From NCBI GenBank assembly GCA_964400205.1, contig CAYNTU010000010.1, forward strand, positions 891 through 64,890: a stretch of DNA of 64,000 nt, written 5' to 3'. Made by a program: the position numbers and the translations under genes. The stretch comes from an uncultured Microbacterium sp. (lineage in GTDB: Bacteria > Actinomycetota > Actinomycetes > Actinomycetales > Microbacteriaceae). The notes beneath the pieces are model-generated. The model was not told where the DNA came from and ran no database searches. It was given only the letters and a program-made list of their open reading frames with translations. Below are positions 41,613-51,647 of this stretch, in pieces. Every line of letters starts with the position of its first letter. Within the stretch, counting starts at the first letter, position 1.

Positions 41613-42452
41613 TCATGCGCGGCTCAGCGCTTCGCGCATCCGCAGAACGACCCGATCTTCATTCGGCAACGGCTCACTGATGTCGCCCGTCAGCCAAACA
41701 CGGATCTGCGCAACAGCTTGGTGCAACAACATTCCTTCGCCCGAAACCGCTGTTTTACCGGCATCTTGCCACGCGTTCGCGAGCCGAGTGGGCCACGGAT
41801 CGTACGCAACGTCGAAGAGATTGCCTCCCGTCGAGGCGAGAACGCGCGTGAGACCCTTGTCGAGCACAACGCCGTGCGGGAGTGTCGAGATCGTGACTAC
41901 CGCGGGCGCTAACTCCTGAGTGCTCAGTATCTCGAGCCGAGTAGTAGCGATATCGAACACGGTGACGTCTCGACGCGCGAGCACCTGGATCTCGGCCGCT
42001 CCCCCGCTGATTTGTCGCAACGCAGCTGCGGCGCTCGTCGCGGTTGCGCCCGCACCGAGCACACGGGCCGTGAAGGGCTCGTCGCGCGGAACAATGCCCG
42101 ATTCTTCGAGGGCAGTGACAAGCCCCGAGACATCCGTGTTCCATGCCCGGACTGTCGATGGGCCATTGAGGCACGCTGTGTTCGCAGCGCCCGTTGTTTC
42201 CGCAACAGGGTCTATCGAGGTTCCGCCCCAGGCAAGCGCAGCGTGTTTGAGCGGCATTGTGAGCGAAAGCCCCCGCCAACTCGCATCGAGCTGCTTGATC
42301 GCCGCGTGAAACTCGCCGGCACTCACGCGTCGGCGTTCGTACGTCCAGTTGAGCCCGAGTTCAGCATAGGCAGCCTCGTGCAAGATTGGAGACTTGCTGT
42401 GCGATATGGGATCGCCCCATACCGCACAGCGAGTGCCGTACGTGCTCAACAA
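41613..42452 (-). CDS. aroE: shikimate dehydrogenase
   Basis: 279 aa with ISHSKSPILHEAAY and LSLTMPLK, plus a degenerate NAD(P) fold VLGAGATA. TTG start overlaps the mltG stop. Confidence 0.85.
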   Translation of the reverse strand: MLSTYGTRCAVWGDPISHSKSPILHEAAYAELGLNWTYERRRVSAGEFHAAIKQLDASWRGLSLTMPLKHAALAWGGTSIDPVAETTGAANTACLNGPSTVRAWNTDVSGLVTALEESGIVPRDEPFTARVLGAGATATSAAAALRQISGGAAEIQVLARRDVTVFDIATTRLEILSTQELAPAVVTISTLPHGVVLDKGLTRVLASTGGNLFDVAYDPWPTRLANAWQDAGKTAVSGEGMLLHQAVAQIRVWLTGDISEPLPNEDRVVLRMREALSRA

Positions 42453-43972
42453 CCGTAGTCTGGGTTCTCAGAGCACCACTGGTTGAACTGTGCCACGTTC
42501 ACCTCGTGCTCTTCGAAGGTCGCCGCGGTCTTGATTTCTCCGGTCTCGGGGTTGACGTGTACGAAGTACAGGTAGTCACCCTCGGGCGGGTTCATTGCTG
42601 CGGCGATCGCCAAGGGGCCGGGGTTCGCAATGGGGCCGACCGGCAAGCCCGTGTGTACGAACGTGTTCCAGGGGTTGGGGTCGTTGCGAACTTCATCCGT
42701 CAAGCCCAGGTTGTTGTCGCCGAGCGTGTTGGTGCCGTACTTAGCCGTCGAGTCCATTTGCAGGAGTTCGTACGTCTGATCGTTCCACTGGAGACGGTTC
42801 TGAATGACACGCGAGATGATGCCGAAGTCGCTACCGTCAGCAACACCCTCTCGAGCGATGATCGACGCAATTGTGAGGATCTCAACGGAACGCTCCGCAG
42901 GAACGCCGGCAGTAGCAAGGTTCTCTTTCTGCCGGTCAACCATCGCCTGCAGAATCGACTGTGCGGTCGCATCCTCGCCGAACTGGTACGTACCGGGAGC
43001 AAGCCAGCCTTCAAGCAGCGCTGCACCCTCTGGCAAGTTTGCGGGGCGGATGGCGCCGAGCGCCTCGGGGTTCTGTGCGACAGCGTTGAACTCTGCCACC
43101 GGAATGCCCACGATCTGCTCGAGGTTCTGGAAAATTTGCTGCTGCGTTTGCCCACCGAAGACCTCAAAGGCACTGTCGGTGCGGTTGATCTCATCCATGA
43201 GTGCCGTGTAGGCCGCCTGCGCGCTCATTTTCTGCTGCAGCTTGAAAATACCCGGCTGCAAGATGGCTGACGGATTGTTGTCGAGCACATACTGCTCAAG
43301 AATGCCCGCAGTCTTTGTGACGCCGGCTTCGTAGAAGATGTTTGACGCCACTCCCCAGGTTGATCCCTCAGGAATCGTGACAGAAACTTCGCCCGTCGCT
43401 AGGCCGTCTTCAAAGTCGTTCGACTCTTCCTCTTGGCCGATGCCGAAGAAAGCGACAAGCGGCGCACCGAGGGTGTTCCAGACGAGCCTTCCACCGAAGA
43501 AGAGGCCCGCGGCAACGAGCGCGAGAATAATGACCCAAACGACCGGACCCTTGCCGTGCTTCTTCTCGGGGACGACCTGCTGCTCGGGCTGCATGAGCTC
43601 CTCAAGGAAGACGTCGCTCGTGCGGACTGCTGGGCGTGTAGGCGCTGCAGCTGTCGGCGGAGTCGCTGTTGTGACAACCGTCGGGGCCGCTGATGCGGCC
43701 TCAGGCGCAGGAGGCCGGCTCACAAAGGGGTTGTCAGCGTCAGCTGCTGTGCGCCCTTGCGAACGTTGTGAAGCGAGTGAACCGAGACCACTCTCAGGAA
43801 GGTCAACCGGACGCACTCCGACGCGGCCGCGCTGCCCCTGGGCTTGCTGCTCACGAAGGGCACGACGCGATCCCAGCAGAGGAACGGTGTCGGTGGCACC
43901 TGTTTTTGCCGGTGGGTCGGGAAGCTTCTGCCACAGGTCGTCAAAATCGCCTGTTGAGTCGCCGTTGGCCAT
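42446..43972 (-). CDS. mltG: endolytic murein transglycosylase MltG (YceG-like)
   Basis: Disordered N-terminus, one TM segment and a YceG domain (LASIIAREG..NTFVHTGLPVGPIANPG). ATG at 43972 lies 1 nt after the ruvX stop, while the track ORF extends to 44008. Confidence 0.88.
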   Translation of the reverse strand: MANGDSTGDFDDLWQKLPDPPAKTGATDTVPLLGSRRALREQQAQGQRGRVGVRPVDLPESGLGSLASQRSQGRTAADADNPFVSRPPAPEAASAAPTVVTTATPPTAAAPTRPAVRTSDVFLEELMQPEQQVVPEKKHGKGPVVWVIILALVAAGLFFGGRLVWNTLGAPLVAFFGIGQEEESNDFEDGLATGEVSVTIPEGSTWGVASNIFYEAGVTKTAGILEQYVLDNNPSAILQPGIFKLQQKMSAQAAYTALMDEINRTDSAFEVFGGQTQQQIFQNLEQIVGIPVAEFNAVAQNPEALGAIRPANLPEGAALLEGWLAPGTYQFGEDATAQSILQAMVDRQKENLATAGVPAERSVEILTIASIIAREGVADGSDFGIISRVIQNRLQWNDQTYELLQMDSTAKYGTNTLGDNNLGLTDEVRNDPNPWNTFVHTGLPVGPIANPGPLAIAAAMNPPEGDYLYFVHVNPETGEIKTAATFEEHEVNVAQFNQWCSENPDYGC

Positions 43973-43973
43973 G

Positions 43974-44441
43974 TTAAAAGTTCTCTTTCTGACTGAGCGC
44001 TTCCCCAATTATGCGCCCACGCCTCTCGGAATCTACCGTGTACTGCAGCAGAACAACAGCAGCGACTTGGTCAATCACGGCTCTTGAGCTCTTCGTGTTC
44101 CGACCAGCGCTGTGCAGCATTGCCTGGGCGCTCACGGTTGTGAGGCGCTCATCAACGAGTCGAACGGGTATCTGTGTGGCCTCGTGTAGTGCGGCCGCGA
44201 ACGCGCGAGCATCCGCCGTCGAAGGGGTCTCCTCACCCTTCAAATTGAAGGGAAGACCGACGACCCACTCGATAGGGCTGTACTCCACCGCAAGCTTTCG
44301 CAGGTGCTCGAGGGCAGAGTCGGTCCGGGCAACGGTCTCTACGGGAACCGCGAGCATGCCGTCAGCGTCGCATCGTGCGACGCCGATGCGGGCTTTCCCG
44401 ACATCGACCCCCAGACGAACCCCGCGACGAAACTCGCTCAC
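43974..44441 (-). CDS. ruvX: Holliday junction resolvase-like RuvX (YqgF)
   Basis: 155 aa, RLGVDVGKARIGVARCD.., RNase H-like YqgF pattern. Confidence 0.92.
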   Translation of the reverse strand: MSEFRRGVRLGVDVGKARIGVARCDADGMLAVPVETVARTDSALEHLRKLAVEYSPIEWVVGLPFNLKGEETPSTADARAFAAALHEATQIPVRLVDERLTTVSAQAMLHSAGRNTKSSRAVIDQVAAVVLLQYTVDSERRGRIIGEALSQKENF

Positions 44442-47098
44442 GCGGAACTCACTGCCTCACGCACGGCTTGCAAGGCGGCGCCAATTGCAGCGGGGTTCGT
44501 GCCTCCGCCCTGGGCCACGTCATCGCGGCCGCCACCGCCGCCACCAAGCACACCTGCGGCAATTTTCACGAGCGCACCAGCCTTGATGCCACGATCGCGT
44601 GCGCCCGTTGTCGTTGCGACAACGATGACGGGGCTATCGCCAACAACACCCGCAATCGCGACGACAGCAGCATCCGCTGCAAGACGATCACGAACCGAGG
44701 TGGCGATATCGCGGACTTCATTCGCGGTCGCTTCACCATCAACTGCGTGCTGCACAAAACGGATGCCGCCCGCGTCTTCGGCCGACTCTGCAATCGCCGG
44801 GATTCGACCCGCACGCGCTTGCGCTTCAAAGTCGGCAACGCGCTTTTGCGCGGCTTTGAGCCCGGCTGTGAGTTCGCTTACGCGGTCGACGACGTTCTCA
44901 CGCGGTGCTTTGAGCATCTGCGTCAGTTGACCAACGACGGCGCGCTCGGCCGCGAGTTGCTTGAAGGCATCCTGCCCAACGAGCGCTTCAACGCGCCGGT
45001 ACGAAGATCCAACGGATGATTCGCCGACGAGGCTGATGAGGCCAATCTCTGCACTGTTGTTGACGTGCGTACCTGCGCACAACTCGCGCGACCACGGGCC
45101 GCCAATGTCGACCATACGCACGGTCTCGCCGTATTTTTCGCCGAACAGCGCCATAGCACCTGCCGCCTTGGCATCATCGAGCGACATGATGCGAGTCTCA
45201 ACGGCGTAGGCGTTCGAAATTGCCGTGTTTGCGATCTCTTCCAGTTCGCTGCGCGTCTCGAGCGAGAGTGGCTGGGACCACGCGAAGTCGAATCGCATGT
45301 AGCCGGGGCGGTTCAACGAACCAGCCTGCGTCGCGGTCGGGCCGAGCGTGTCGCGCAATGCCGCGTGGACCAGATGCGTCGCCGAGTGGGCGCGCTCCCC
45401 CGCGCGACGAGCCTGCGCGTTAACCTCTGTACGCGCAGCGTCATCGAGTGAAACTTCGCCACGGCTGACTTCAACCGTGTGGCTCACGAGCCCCGGGACA
45501 GGACGCTGCACATCAAGAACCTTTGCCTCAAAGGCATCGCCCGCGATAACACCCTGGTCAGCGACCTGACCGCCCGACTCAGCGTAGAGCGTCGTCTGGT
45601 CGAGAATCAGCTCGGCCGTCTGACCGACGGTCGCGAACTGCGCCGGTTGCCCATCGATCAGAATGCCGAGCACCTTGGCTTCGGTCGCGAGTTCGTCGTA
45701 GCCGAGGAATGTTGTCTCACCCTTGGCGCGAAAATCGCGGTAGATCGAAACATCCGCGAGTTGCTTCTTGCGCCCCTTGGCGTCTTCTTTTGCGCGTGAG
45801 CGTTGCTCGCTCATGAGCGTGTTGAACGCGTCACGGTCAAGGCTGAGGCCAGCCTCCTCGGCAATCTCGTGCGTGAGATCGACGGGGAAACCGTAGGTGT
45901 CGTGCAGCAAGAACGCATCGGCGCCAGAAAGCGTCGAAGCGCCACTCGACTTCGTTTTCGCGACGGCCTCGTCCAAAATGACCGAACCCGATGCAAGCGT
46001 GCGTAGGAAGGTTTCTTCCTCGGCAAACGCAGCACGTGAGATGCGTTCCCAATCGGTTGCGACCTCGGGGTATGCAGACGTCATGGCATCGCGCGACGCC
46101 GCAAACAACACGGGGAACGTTGGGCCGTCGACGCCAAGCAGGCGCATTGAACGGATGACGCGTCGCATGAGACGACGCAAAATGTAGCCTCGACCCTCGT
46201 TGGACGGCGTCACGCCATCGGCGAGCAGCATGAGCGAAGAACGCACGTGGTCGGCCACGATGCGGAACCGCACGTCGTCGTCGTTGTTGGCACCGTAGGT
46301 TTTGCCGCAGAGCGCGACAGCTGCGTCGAGCACAGGGCGCACCTGGTCGGTCTCGTACATGTTCTCGACACCCTGCTTGATGAACGCGACGCGCTCAAGA
46401 CCCATGCCCGTGTCGATGTTCTTGTTCGGCAGTTCGCCAATGATGTCGAAGTCGGTCTTCGAGCGAACCTCGCCGAGCAGATCCTGCATGAACACGAGGT
46501 TCCAGATCTCGGTGAAGCGGTTGTCGTCGACAGCAGGCCCGCCGTCTTTGCCGTACTTCGGGCCACGGTCGAAATAGATCTCTGAGCAGGGGCCGCCGGG
46601 GCCAGGCTGCCCCGTGTGCCAATAGTTGTCCTCGAGCCCCATTCGCTGGATGCGTTCTGCGGGAAGACCAGCAATCTCTTGCCAGAGCTGGGCCGCTTCG
46701 TCATCGGTTTCGTAAACCGTGACCCAGAGGTCTTCCGGGTCGAAGCCGAGCCCGCCTTCGGCCTCGGGCGTCGTCAGCAGCTCCCACGCGTATTCGATGG
46801 CGCCACGCTTGAAGTAGTCGCCAAACGACCAGTTGCCGAGCATCTGGAAGAACGTGCCGTGGCGGGCCGTCTTCCCCACCTCTTCAATATCGTTTGTACG
46901 AATGCACTTTTGCACATCCGCTGCACGTTTGTATGGTGCCGGAACAACGCCCGTCAGGTACGGCACGAACGGCACCATTCCCGCGATCGTGAACATGACC
47001 GTGGGGTCATCACTCACGAGTGATGCGGAGGGAACAATGACGTGGTCGCGGCTCTTGAAGAAATCCAGGTATCGCTGTGCGATCTCAGCGGTTTTCAT
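44438..47098 (-). CDS. alaS: alanine--tRNA ligase
   Basis: 886 aa, begins MKTAEIAQRYLDFFKSRDHVIVPSASLV, with the HxxxH editing motif HSATHLVHAAL. Confidence 0.98.
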   Translation of the reverse strand: MKTAEIAQRYLDFFKSRDHVIVPSASLVSDDPTVMFTIAGMVPFVPYLTGVVPAPYKRAADVQKCIRTNDIEEVGKTARHGTFFQMLGNWSFGDYFKRGAIEYAWELLTTPEAEGGLGFDPEDLWVTVYETDDEAAQLWQEIAGLPAERIQRMGLEDNYWHTGQPGPGGPCSEIYFDRGPKYGKDGGPAVDDNRFTEIWNLVFMQDLLGEVRSKTDFDIIGELPNKNIDTGMGLERVAFIKQGVENMYETDQVRPVLDAAVALCGKTYGANNDDDVRFRIVADHVRSSLMLLADGVTPSNEGRGYILRRLMRRVIRSMRLLGVDGPTFPVLFAASRDAMTSAYPEVATDWERISRAAFAEEETFLRTLASGSVILDEAVAKTKSSGASTLSGADAFLLHDTYGFPVDLTHEIAEEAGLSLDRDAFNTLMSEQRSRAKEDAKGRKKQLADVSIYRDFRAKGETTFLGYDELATEAKVLGILIDGQPAQFATVGQTAELILDQTTLYAESGGQVADQGVIAGDAFEAKVLDVQRPVPGLVSHTVEVSRGEVSLDDAARTEVNAQARRAGERAHSATHLVHAALRDTLGPTATQAGSLNRPGYMRFDFAWSQPLSLETRSELEEIANTAISNAYAVETRIMSLDDAKAAGAMALFGEKYGETVRMVDIGGPWSRELCAGTHVNNSAEIGLISLVGESSVGSSYRRVEALVGQDAFKQLAAERAVVGQLTQMLKAPRENVVDRVSELTAGLKAAQKRVADFEAQARAGRIPAIAESAEDAGGIRFVQHAVDGEATANEVRDIATSVRDRLAADAAVVAIAGVVGDSPVIVVATTTGARDRGIKAGALVKIAAGVLGGGGGGRDDVAQGGGTNPAAIGAALQAVREAVSSA

Positions 47099-47109
47099 AT
47101 AACGACCGG

Positions 47110-47301
47110 TTAGTCCTTTGTGTCAGCGTCGGCCAGTGTCGCTTCGCGCTCGTAGTACGCCTCAGAGATCGTGTGACCGATCTCTGAAATGCGCTCATCG
47201 ATGTCGCGCAACACTTCGTTTGCCCGAGGGTCTTTGTTGAGGAAGTGGGCCGCGACGAAGCCGCCAACGACGCCAATGAGCAACCAGAGCAAATTCTTCA
47301 T
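47110..47301 (-). CDS. small membrane-anchored protein, hypothetical
   Basis: 63 aa with one N-terminal TM (LLWLLIGVVGGFVAAHF) and a charged helix. GAGGAAGG SD. Family assignment (YtxH/DUF948-like) is uncertain. Confidence 0.5.
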   Translation of the reverse strand: MKNLLWLLIGVVGGFVAAHFLNKDPRANEVLRDIDERISEIGHTISEAYYEREATLADADTKD

Positions 47302-47361
47302 GGTGAACCTTCCTCAGCGCACGCGCGTGGGTGCGCTGCGCGTTGTCTCTATCGTATGACA

Positions 47362-47391
47362 GTGGGGGTGCCGGAAACCCGACACCCCCAC
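47362..47391 (-). terminator. strong hairpin downstream of rpsD
   Basis: GTGGGGGTG..CACCCCCAC, extendable to about 13 bp with a GUUU loop on the minus strand, starting 14 nt after the rpsD stop. Confidence 0.55.
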
Positions 47392-47404
47392 CATGAACGC
47401 AGTG

Positions 47405-48034
47405 TTAGCGAGCTGCGTAGTACTCAACCACGAGCTGAACGTCAGCCGTAACCGGAACCTCAGCGCGCTTGGGGCGACGAACAAGCGTCGCGTGCAGCTT
47501 GTCGAGTTCTACCTCGAGGTAGCCCGGGACGGGCGGGAGCACGTCAACGTGGCCACCTGCGGCAGCAACCTGGAAGGGCTCGAGCGCTTCGCTCTTGGGC
47601 TTGACGTGAATCGTCTGGCCCGGCTTGACGCGGAACGACGGGCGGTCAACGAGCTGGCCGTCAACCATGATGTGGCGGTGCACAACGAGCTGGCGAGCCT
47701 GTGCCGTCGTACGGGCGAAGCCCGAACGGAGCACGAGCGCGTCGAGACGCATTTCGAGCAGCTCGACGAGGTTCTCACCCGTCAGGCCATCGGTGCGACG
47801 AGCCTCGTTGAAGACGATACGGAGCTGCTTCTCGCGGATGCCGTACTGCTCGCGCAGACGCTGCTTCTCCTTGAGACGGATCGCGTAGTCGCTGTCAGCC
47901 TTACGCTTGGTGCGGCCGTGCTCACCGGGAGCATACGGGCGCTTCTCCATGTAGCGAGCAGCCTTGGGGGTCAGGGGAACACCGAGAGCACGCGAGAGGC
48001 GCACCTTGCGGCGGTCTTGAGACTTCGTAACCAC
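47405..48034 (-). CDS. rpsD: 30S ribosomal protein S4
   Basis: KVRLSRALGVPLTPKA..YAPGEHG and the S4 RNA-binding domain. GTG at 48034 follows GAAAGGAAG and gives the normal 209 aa, while the track ORF extends to 48124. Confidence 0.93.
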   Translation of the reverse strand: MVTKSQDRRKVRLSRALGVPLTPKAARYMEKRPYAPGEHGRTKRKADSDYAIRLKEKQRLREQYGIREKQLRIVFNEARRTDGLTGENLVELLEMRLDALVLRSGFARTTAQARQLVVHRHIMVDGQLVDRPSFRVKPGQTIHVKPKSEALEPFQVAAAGGHVDVLPPVPGYLEVELDKLHATLVRRPKRAEVPVTADVQLVVEYYAAR

Positions 48035-48210
48035 GAAGCTTCCTTTCGTTACGCTGACGCGCATTTCGCGCCGAGCGGACGTATCTCCACTTCTTCGCCT
48101 GATGTGGACTGCACGCCGGGGCACGCCACATCAGTGGTACAGAAAAAGGGGATGCCCAAAAACTCTGGTTTCGAGCCGCTCTAGTCTATCACGAGCGATT
48201 CTTCGATCGG

Positions 48211-49524
48211 TTACTCGCCGAGGGCTTTGCGGATGCGTTCCAAACGGGCCGCGACCTCACGTTCTTTTCCTGATTCGTTCGGAACGTAGTACCGCTTGCC
48301 GCGCAGCTCATCTGGAAGATACTGCTGGGCGACGATGGCGTGGTCGAAGTCGTGCGGGTACTGGTAACCCTTGCCGTGGCCGAGCCGCTTCGCGCCCGGG
48401 TAGTGGGCATCGCGCAAATGCAGCGGCACGCGCCCGAACCCGCCCGCGCGCACATCTGCGATCGCGGCGTCGATAGCAACATAGGCTGCGTTCGACTTTG
48501 CGGTCGTTGCGAGATACGCGGTTGCCTCGGCGAGCGGGATACGCCCCTCGGGCATGCCAATGAACTGCATGGCATCCGCTGCCGCGATGGCAATTTGCAG
48601 TGCCTGCGGATCGGCAAGCCCAATGTCTTCCGCAGCAGAGATGACAAGACGGCGAGCAATGAACCTCGGATCCTCACCGGCCTCGATCATGCGGGCAAGG
48701 TAGTGCATTGCCGCATCCACGTCCGAGCCGCGAATCGACTTGATGAACGCACTGATGACGTCGTAGTGTTCATCGCCTTGACGGTCGTAACGAAGCAGCG
48801 CGCGGTCGACGGCGAGTTCGATGTCTTCCTGCGTGATTGCCGTTCGCCCCCGCGAGTCAGCGACTCGAGCAGCTGCCTCAAGTGCGGTGAGCGCCCGTCG
48901 CGCATCGCCGGATGCCAAGCGGATGAGCGCTGTCCGCGCATCCGACTCGAGCGAGATGGCTCCGTTGAATCCACGCGCGTCAGTCACTGCTCGTTGCACG
49001 AGTTCCGCAAGGTCGGCGTCCTCGAGCGGTTGCAGAGTAAGAAGCAAGGAACGCGAGAGCAAGGGCGTAATGACCGAGAACGACGGATTCTCGGTTGTTG
49101 CCGCGATGAGGAGCACCCAGCCGTTCTCAACACCCGGGAGAAGCGCATCCTGCTGCGCCTTCGTGAAGCGATGAATCTCGTCGAGGAAGAGAATCGTGCC
49201 CTGACCGTACAAATCGCGGGTGTTCATTGCCTCTTGCATGACGGTGCGCACATCTTTCACACCCGCCGTCACGGCAGAAAGCTCCACAAAGCGTCGGCCC
49301 GACGAACGAGCAATCGCCTGCGCGAGCGTTGTCTTGCCGGTTCCGGGTGGCCCCCACAAGATCATCGAGGTCGTTGATGGGTTCTGCGCATCCGGGTCGG
49401 CAAGCGTCACAATGGGCGAACCCGGCTGAAGCAAGTGTTTCTGACCCGCAACCTCATCGAGTGAAGTTGGCCGCATTCGTACCGCGAGCGGCGTCGGTGC
49501 GTTGGCGGCGGCGAGAGAGGTCAC
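48211..49524 (-). CDS. rarA: replication-associated recombination protein A (RarA/MgsA AAA+ ATPase)
   Basis: 437 aa with Walker A GPPGTGKTT, Walker B FLDEIHRF and a C-terminal MgsA domain. Confidence 0.93.
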   Translation of the reverse strand: MTSLAAANAPTPLAVRMRPTSLDEVAGQKHLLQPGSPIVTLADPDAQNPSTTSMILWGPPGTGKTTLAQAIARSSGRRFVELSAVTAGVKDVRTVMQEAMNTRDLYGQGTILFLDEIHRFTKAQQDALLPGVENGWVLLIAATTENPSFSVITPLLSRSLLLTLQPLEDADLAELVQRAVTDARGFNGAISLESDARTALIRLASGDARRALTALEAAARVADSRGRTAITQEDIELAVDRALLRYDRQGDEHYDVISAFIKSIRGSDVDAAMHYLARMIEAGEDPRFIARRLVISAAEDIGLADPQALQIAIAAADAMQFIGMPEGRIPLAEATAYLATTAKSNAAYVAIDAAIADVRAGGFGRVPLHLRDAHYPGAKRLGHGKGYQYPHDFDHAIVAQQYLPDELRGKRYYVPNESGKEREVAARLERIRKALGE

Positions 49525-49581
49525 TCCCCCAGGCTACGACTTGTTACACCTCAGTAACCTCATTCTCGCTAGGCTGAAGAC

Positions 49582-50964
49582 GTGACTGACACCGCTGCCA
49601 CGCCCGCGCCCGAAAACGAGCCGCAGGCTGCTCCTACCCCCAAGCTCGTTCCCAAGCTGAGTGCTCCGCGCCCAGCGCCGAAGCCACCGGTCGCGCCCGT
49701 CGTTCCGGCGGCCTTTGCGCCGGAGGCCATCAGTGAAGCGGATGCCTCGTGGGGCAAGGTCGACGACGACGGCACCGTTTCGGTTCGCGAGGGCGAACAG
49801 TGGCGCGTTGTTGGGCAGTACCCAGACGGCACGCCTGAAGAGGCGCTCACCTACTACGTCCGGAAGTTCCAGGATCTGGCGTTGCGTGTTGGCAACCTCG
49901 AACTTCGTCACCAGCAGGGTGGCGCTTCGGCCAGTGAGCTCATGTCGCAGGCAAAGCACCTCCTCGATGAGGTCACGGGCGCCGCAGCCGTTGGCGATCT
50001 CGCAGGGCTTCAGGGTCGTCTCGAGTCGCTCACAACCGACTTGGCGCAGGCGAGCGAGGCTGAAGCACAAGCCCAGCGTGAAGCAACAGACGCCGCGATT
50101 GCCGAACGCACGGCAATTGTCGAGCGTATTGAAGCGATCGCCAATGGTGATTTGAGCAAGGTGCAGTGGAAACAGACGACCGCTGAGGTCTCAAGCCTCT
50201 TTGAGCAGTGGCAGGAACACCAGAAGTCATCAGCGCGTGTTCCCCGTTCGGTGAGCCAGCAGTTGTGGAAACGTTTCCGAGATGCCCGCGGCTCGATCGA
50301 CAAGGCACGTCGTGCGTTTTACGCGAACCTCGATGACGAGCACAAGGGTGCCCGCGACCGCAAGCAGCAGCTCATCGATCGCGCTGAGGCACTCGCACCC
50401 CGCGGGAGCGACGGTATCCCCGCGTATCGCGATCTGCTCGATGAGTGGAAGCGTTCCGGGCGCGCGGGTCGTAAAGCGGATGACGCACTGTGGGCACGCT
50501 TCAAAGCTGCCGGCGACGCCCTGTACGCCGCGCGTGCCGAGCAGGCAGCCGCTGACGAAGCCGACTCGCAGCCGAAGATTGCTGCTCGCGAGGCGCTCCT
50601 CGAAGAGGCTGCTGGTCTCGCATCAATCGATGATGTGAAGAAGGCTCGCCAGAAGCTCACCGACATTCAAGATCGTTGGGACGCTACCGGCCGAATCTTC
50701 CCGCGCGATCGCGAACGCGGTCTTGACGATCGCCTGCGCAAATTCGAGCAGGACCTCAAGGCGCGCGAAGACGCGGCGTGGAAGGCTTCGAACCCAGAGA
50801 CGAAAGCCCGCGCAGGCTCTCTTGCCGAGCAACTGCGTGACGCAATCGCCAAACTCGAGGAAGAGCTGGCCGCAGCACAGGCTGCCGGCGACAAGCGAGC
50901 CATCGCCGATGCACAAGAAGCACTCGACGCACGCCAAGCGTGGCTTCGTGCGCTCGGTGAGTAG
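49582..50964 (+). CDS. DUF349 domain-containing protein
   Basis: 460 aa with a Pro/Ala-rich N-terminus followed by repeated helical units containing LWKRFR / LWARFK / IQDRWD motifs typical of DUF349. Confidence 0.8.
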   Translation: MTDTAATPAPENEPQAAPTPKLVPKLSAPRPAPKPPVAPVVPAAFAPEAISEADASWGKVDDDGTVSVREGEQWRVVGQYPDGTPEEALTYYVRKFQDLALRVGNLELRHQQGGASASELMSQAKHLLDEVTGAAAVGDLAGLQGRLESLTTDLAQASEAEAQAQREATDAAIAERTAIVERIEAIANGDLSKVQWKQTTAEVSSLFEQWQEHQKSSARVPRSVSQQLWKRFRDARGSIDKARRAFYANLDDEHKGARDRKQQLIDRAEALAPRGSDGIPAYRDLLDEWKRSGRAGRKADDALWARFKAAGDALYAARAEQAAADEADSQPKIAAREALLEEAAGLASIDDVKKARQKLTDIQDRWDATGRIFPRDRERGLDDRLRKFEQDLKAREDAAWKASNPETKARAGSLAEQLRDAIAKLEEELAAAQAAGDKRAIADAQEALDARQAWLRALGE

Positions 50965-51032
50965 CAAGCGACTTCTCCACAGATTGTTCCTGCCGTCGAG
51001 CCGCGGCTCACACGTCGTGGTGCGATGGGTTC

Positions 51033-51647
51033 ATGCACGATGCGCTTATCTACCATCCCGGCGACCGGCTCTCGCTGCCGGAATTGATGGCTGCCCGCCT
51101 CGATGGTCATGTCATCGAGGTCGGCTCAGCCTTTATGCCGTTCGACACAATTGAGAATGCCCGTGCGCGTGCGCTCAGCTTGCGGCCAGAGATTCGAGGC
51201 ACAGAATCCTCCCTCGCATTTGTTGGCGAAACGGCCGCGTGGATTCACGGTGCGGTTCATGAGCCACCAGACCGCGTGTTCGTGCAGCGCACGGGAGCAA
51301 GTTTCACCCGCCCAAAGCGTTCAAAGCGCATCCGCTATTTTCAAGCGATACTCGGGCGCTCGCAGCGAGAGCAGCTCGCTGACATCTGGGTTTCAACACC
51401 GCAAAGAACGCTCATCGATCTCTGCCGCCGGCCTGATCTCGAGGGTGAGTATGCGGCAGCGGCGATGATCGTGCGGTTTCCTCAGCTCGCAGAAGGCCTC
51501 AGAGACTCCCTCGGTGAACTCACGCGTGCCAATGTGGAGCGCGCGGAAGAACAAGCTGCTGCCATGCAGCGCGAGCTCTCAGCACTCGTCAGCTCGACGT
51601 CACACGATAGACGTCGTAGACCCCATCGATACGACGAACCGCGTTGA
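51033..51647 (+). CDS. hypothetical protein with AbiEi-like antitoxin-domain pattern (orphan)
   Basis: 204 aa. The pattern SLPELMAARLDGHVIEV .. FVGETAAWIHG .. VSTPQRTLIDLCR resembles AbiEi/AbiEi_4-type proteins. Codon usage looks coding. The last 59 nt overlap the convergent relA 3' end. Assignment is from memory of the family pattern only. Confidence 0.45.
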   Translation: MHDALIYHPGDRLSLPELMAARLDGHVIEVGSAFMPFDTIENARARALSLRPEIRGTESSLAFVGETAAWIHGAVHEPPDRVFVQRTGASFTRPKRSKRIRYFQAILGRSQREQLADIWVSTPQRTLIDLCRRPDLEGEYAAAAMIVRFPQLAEGLRDSLGELTRANVERAEEQAAAMQRELSALVSSTSHDRRRRPHRYDEPR

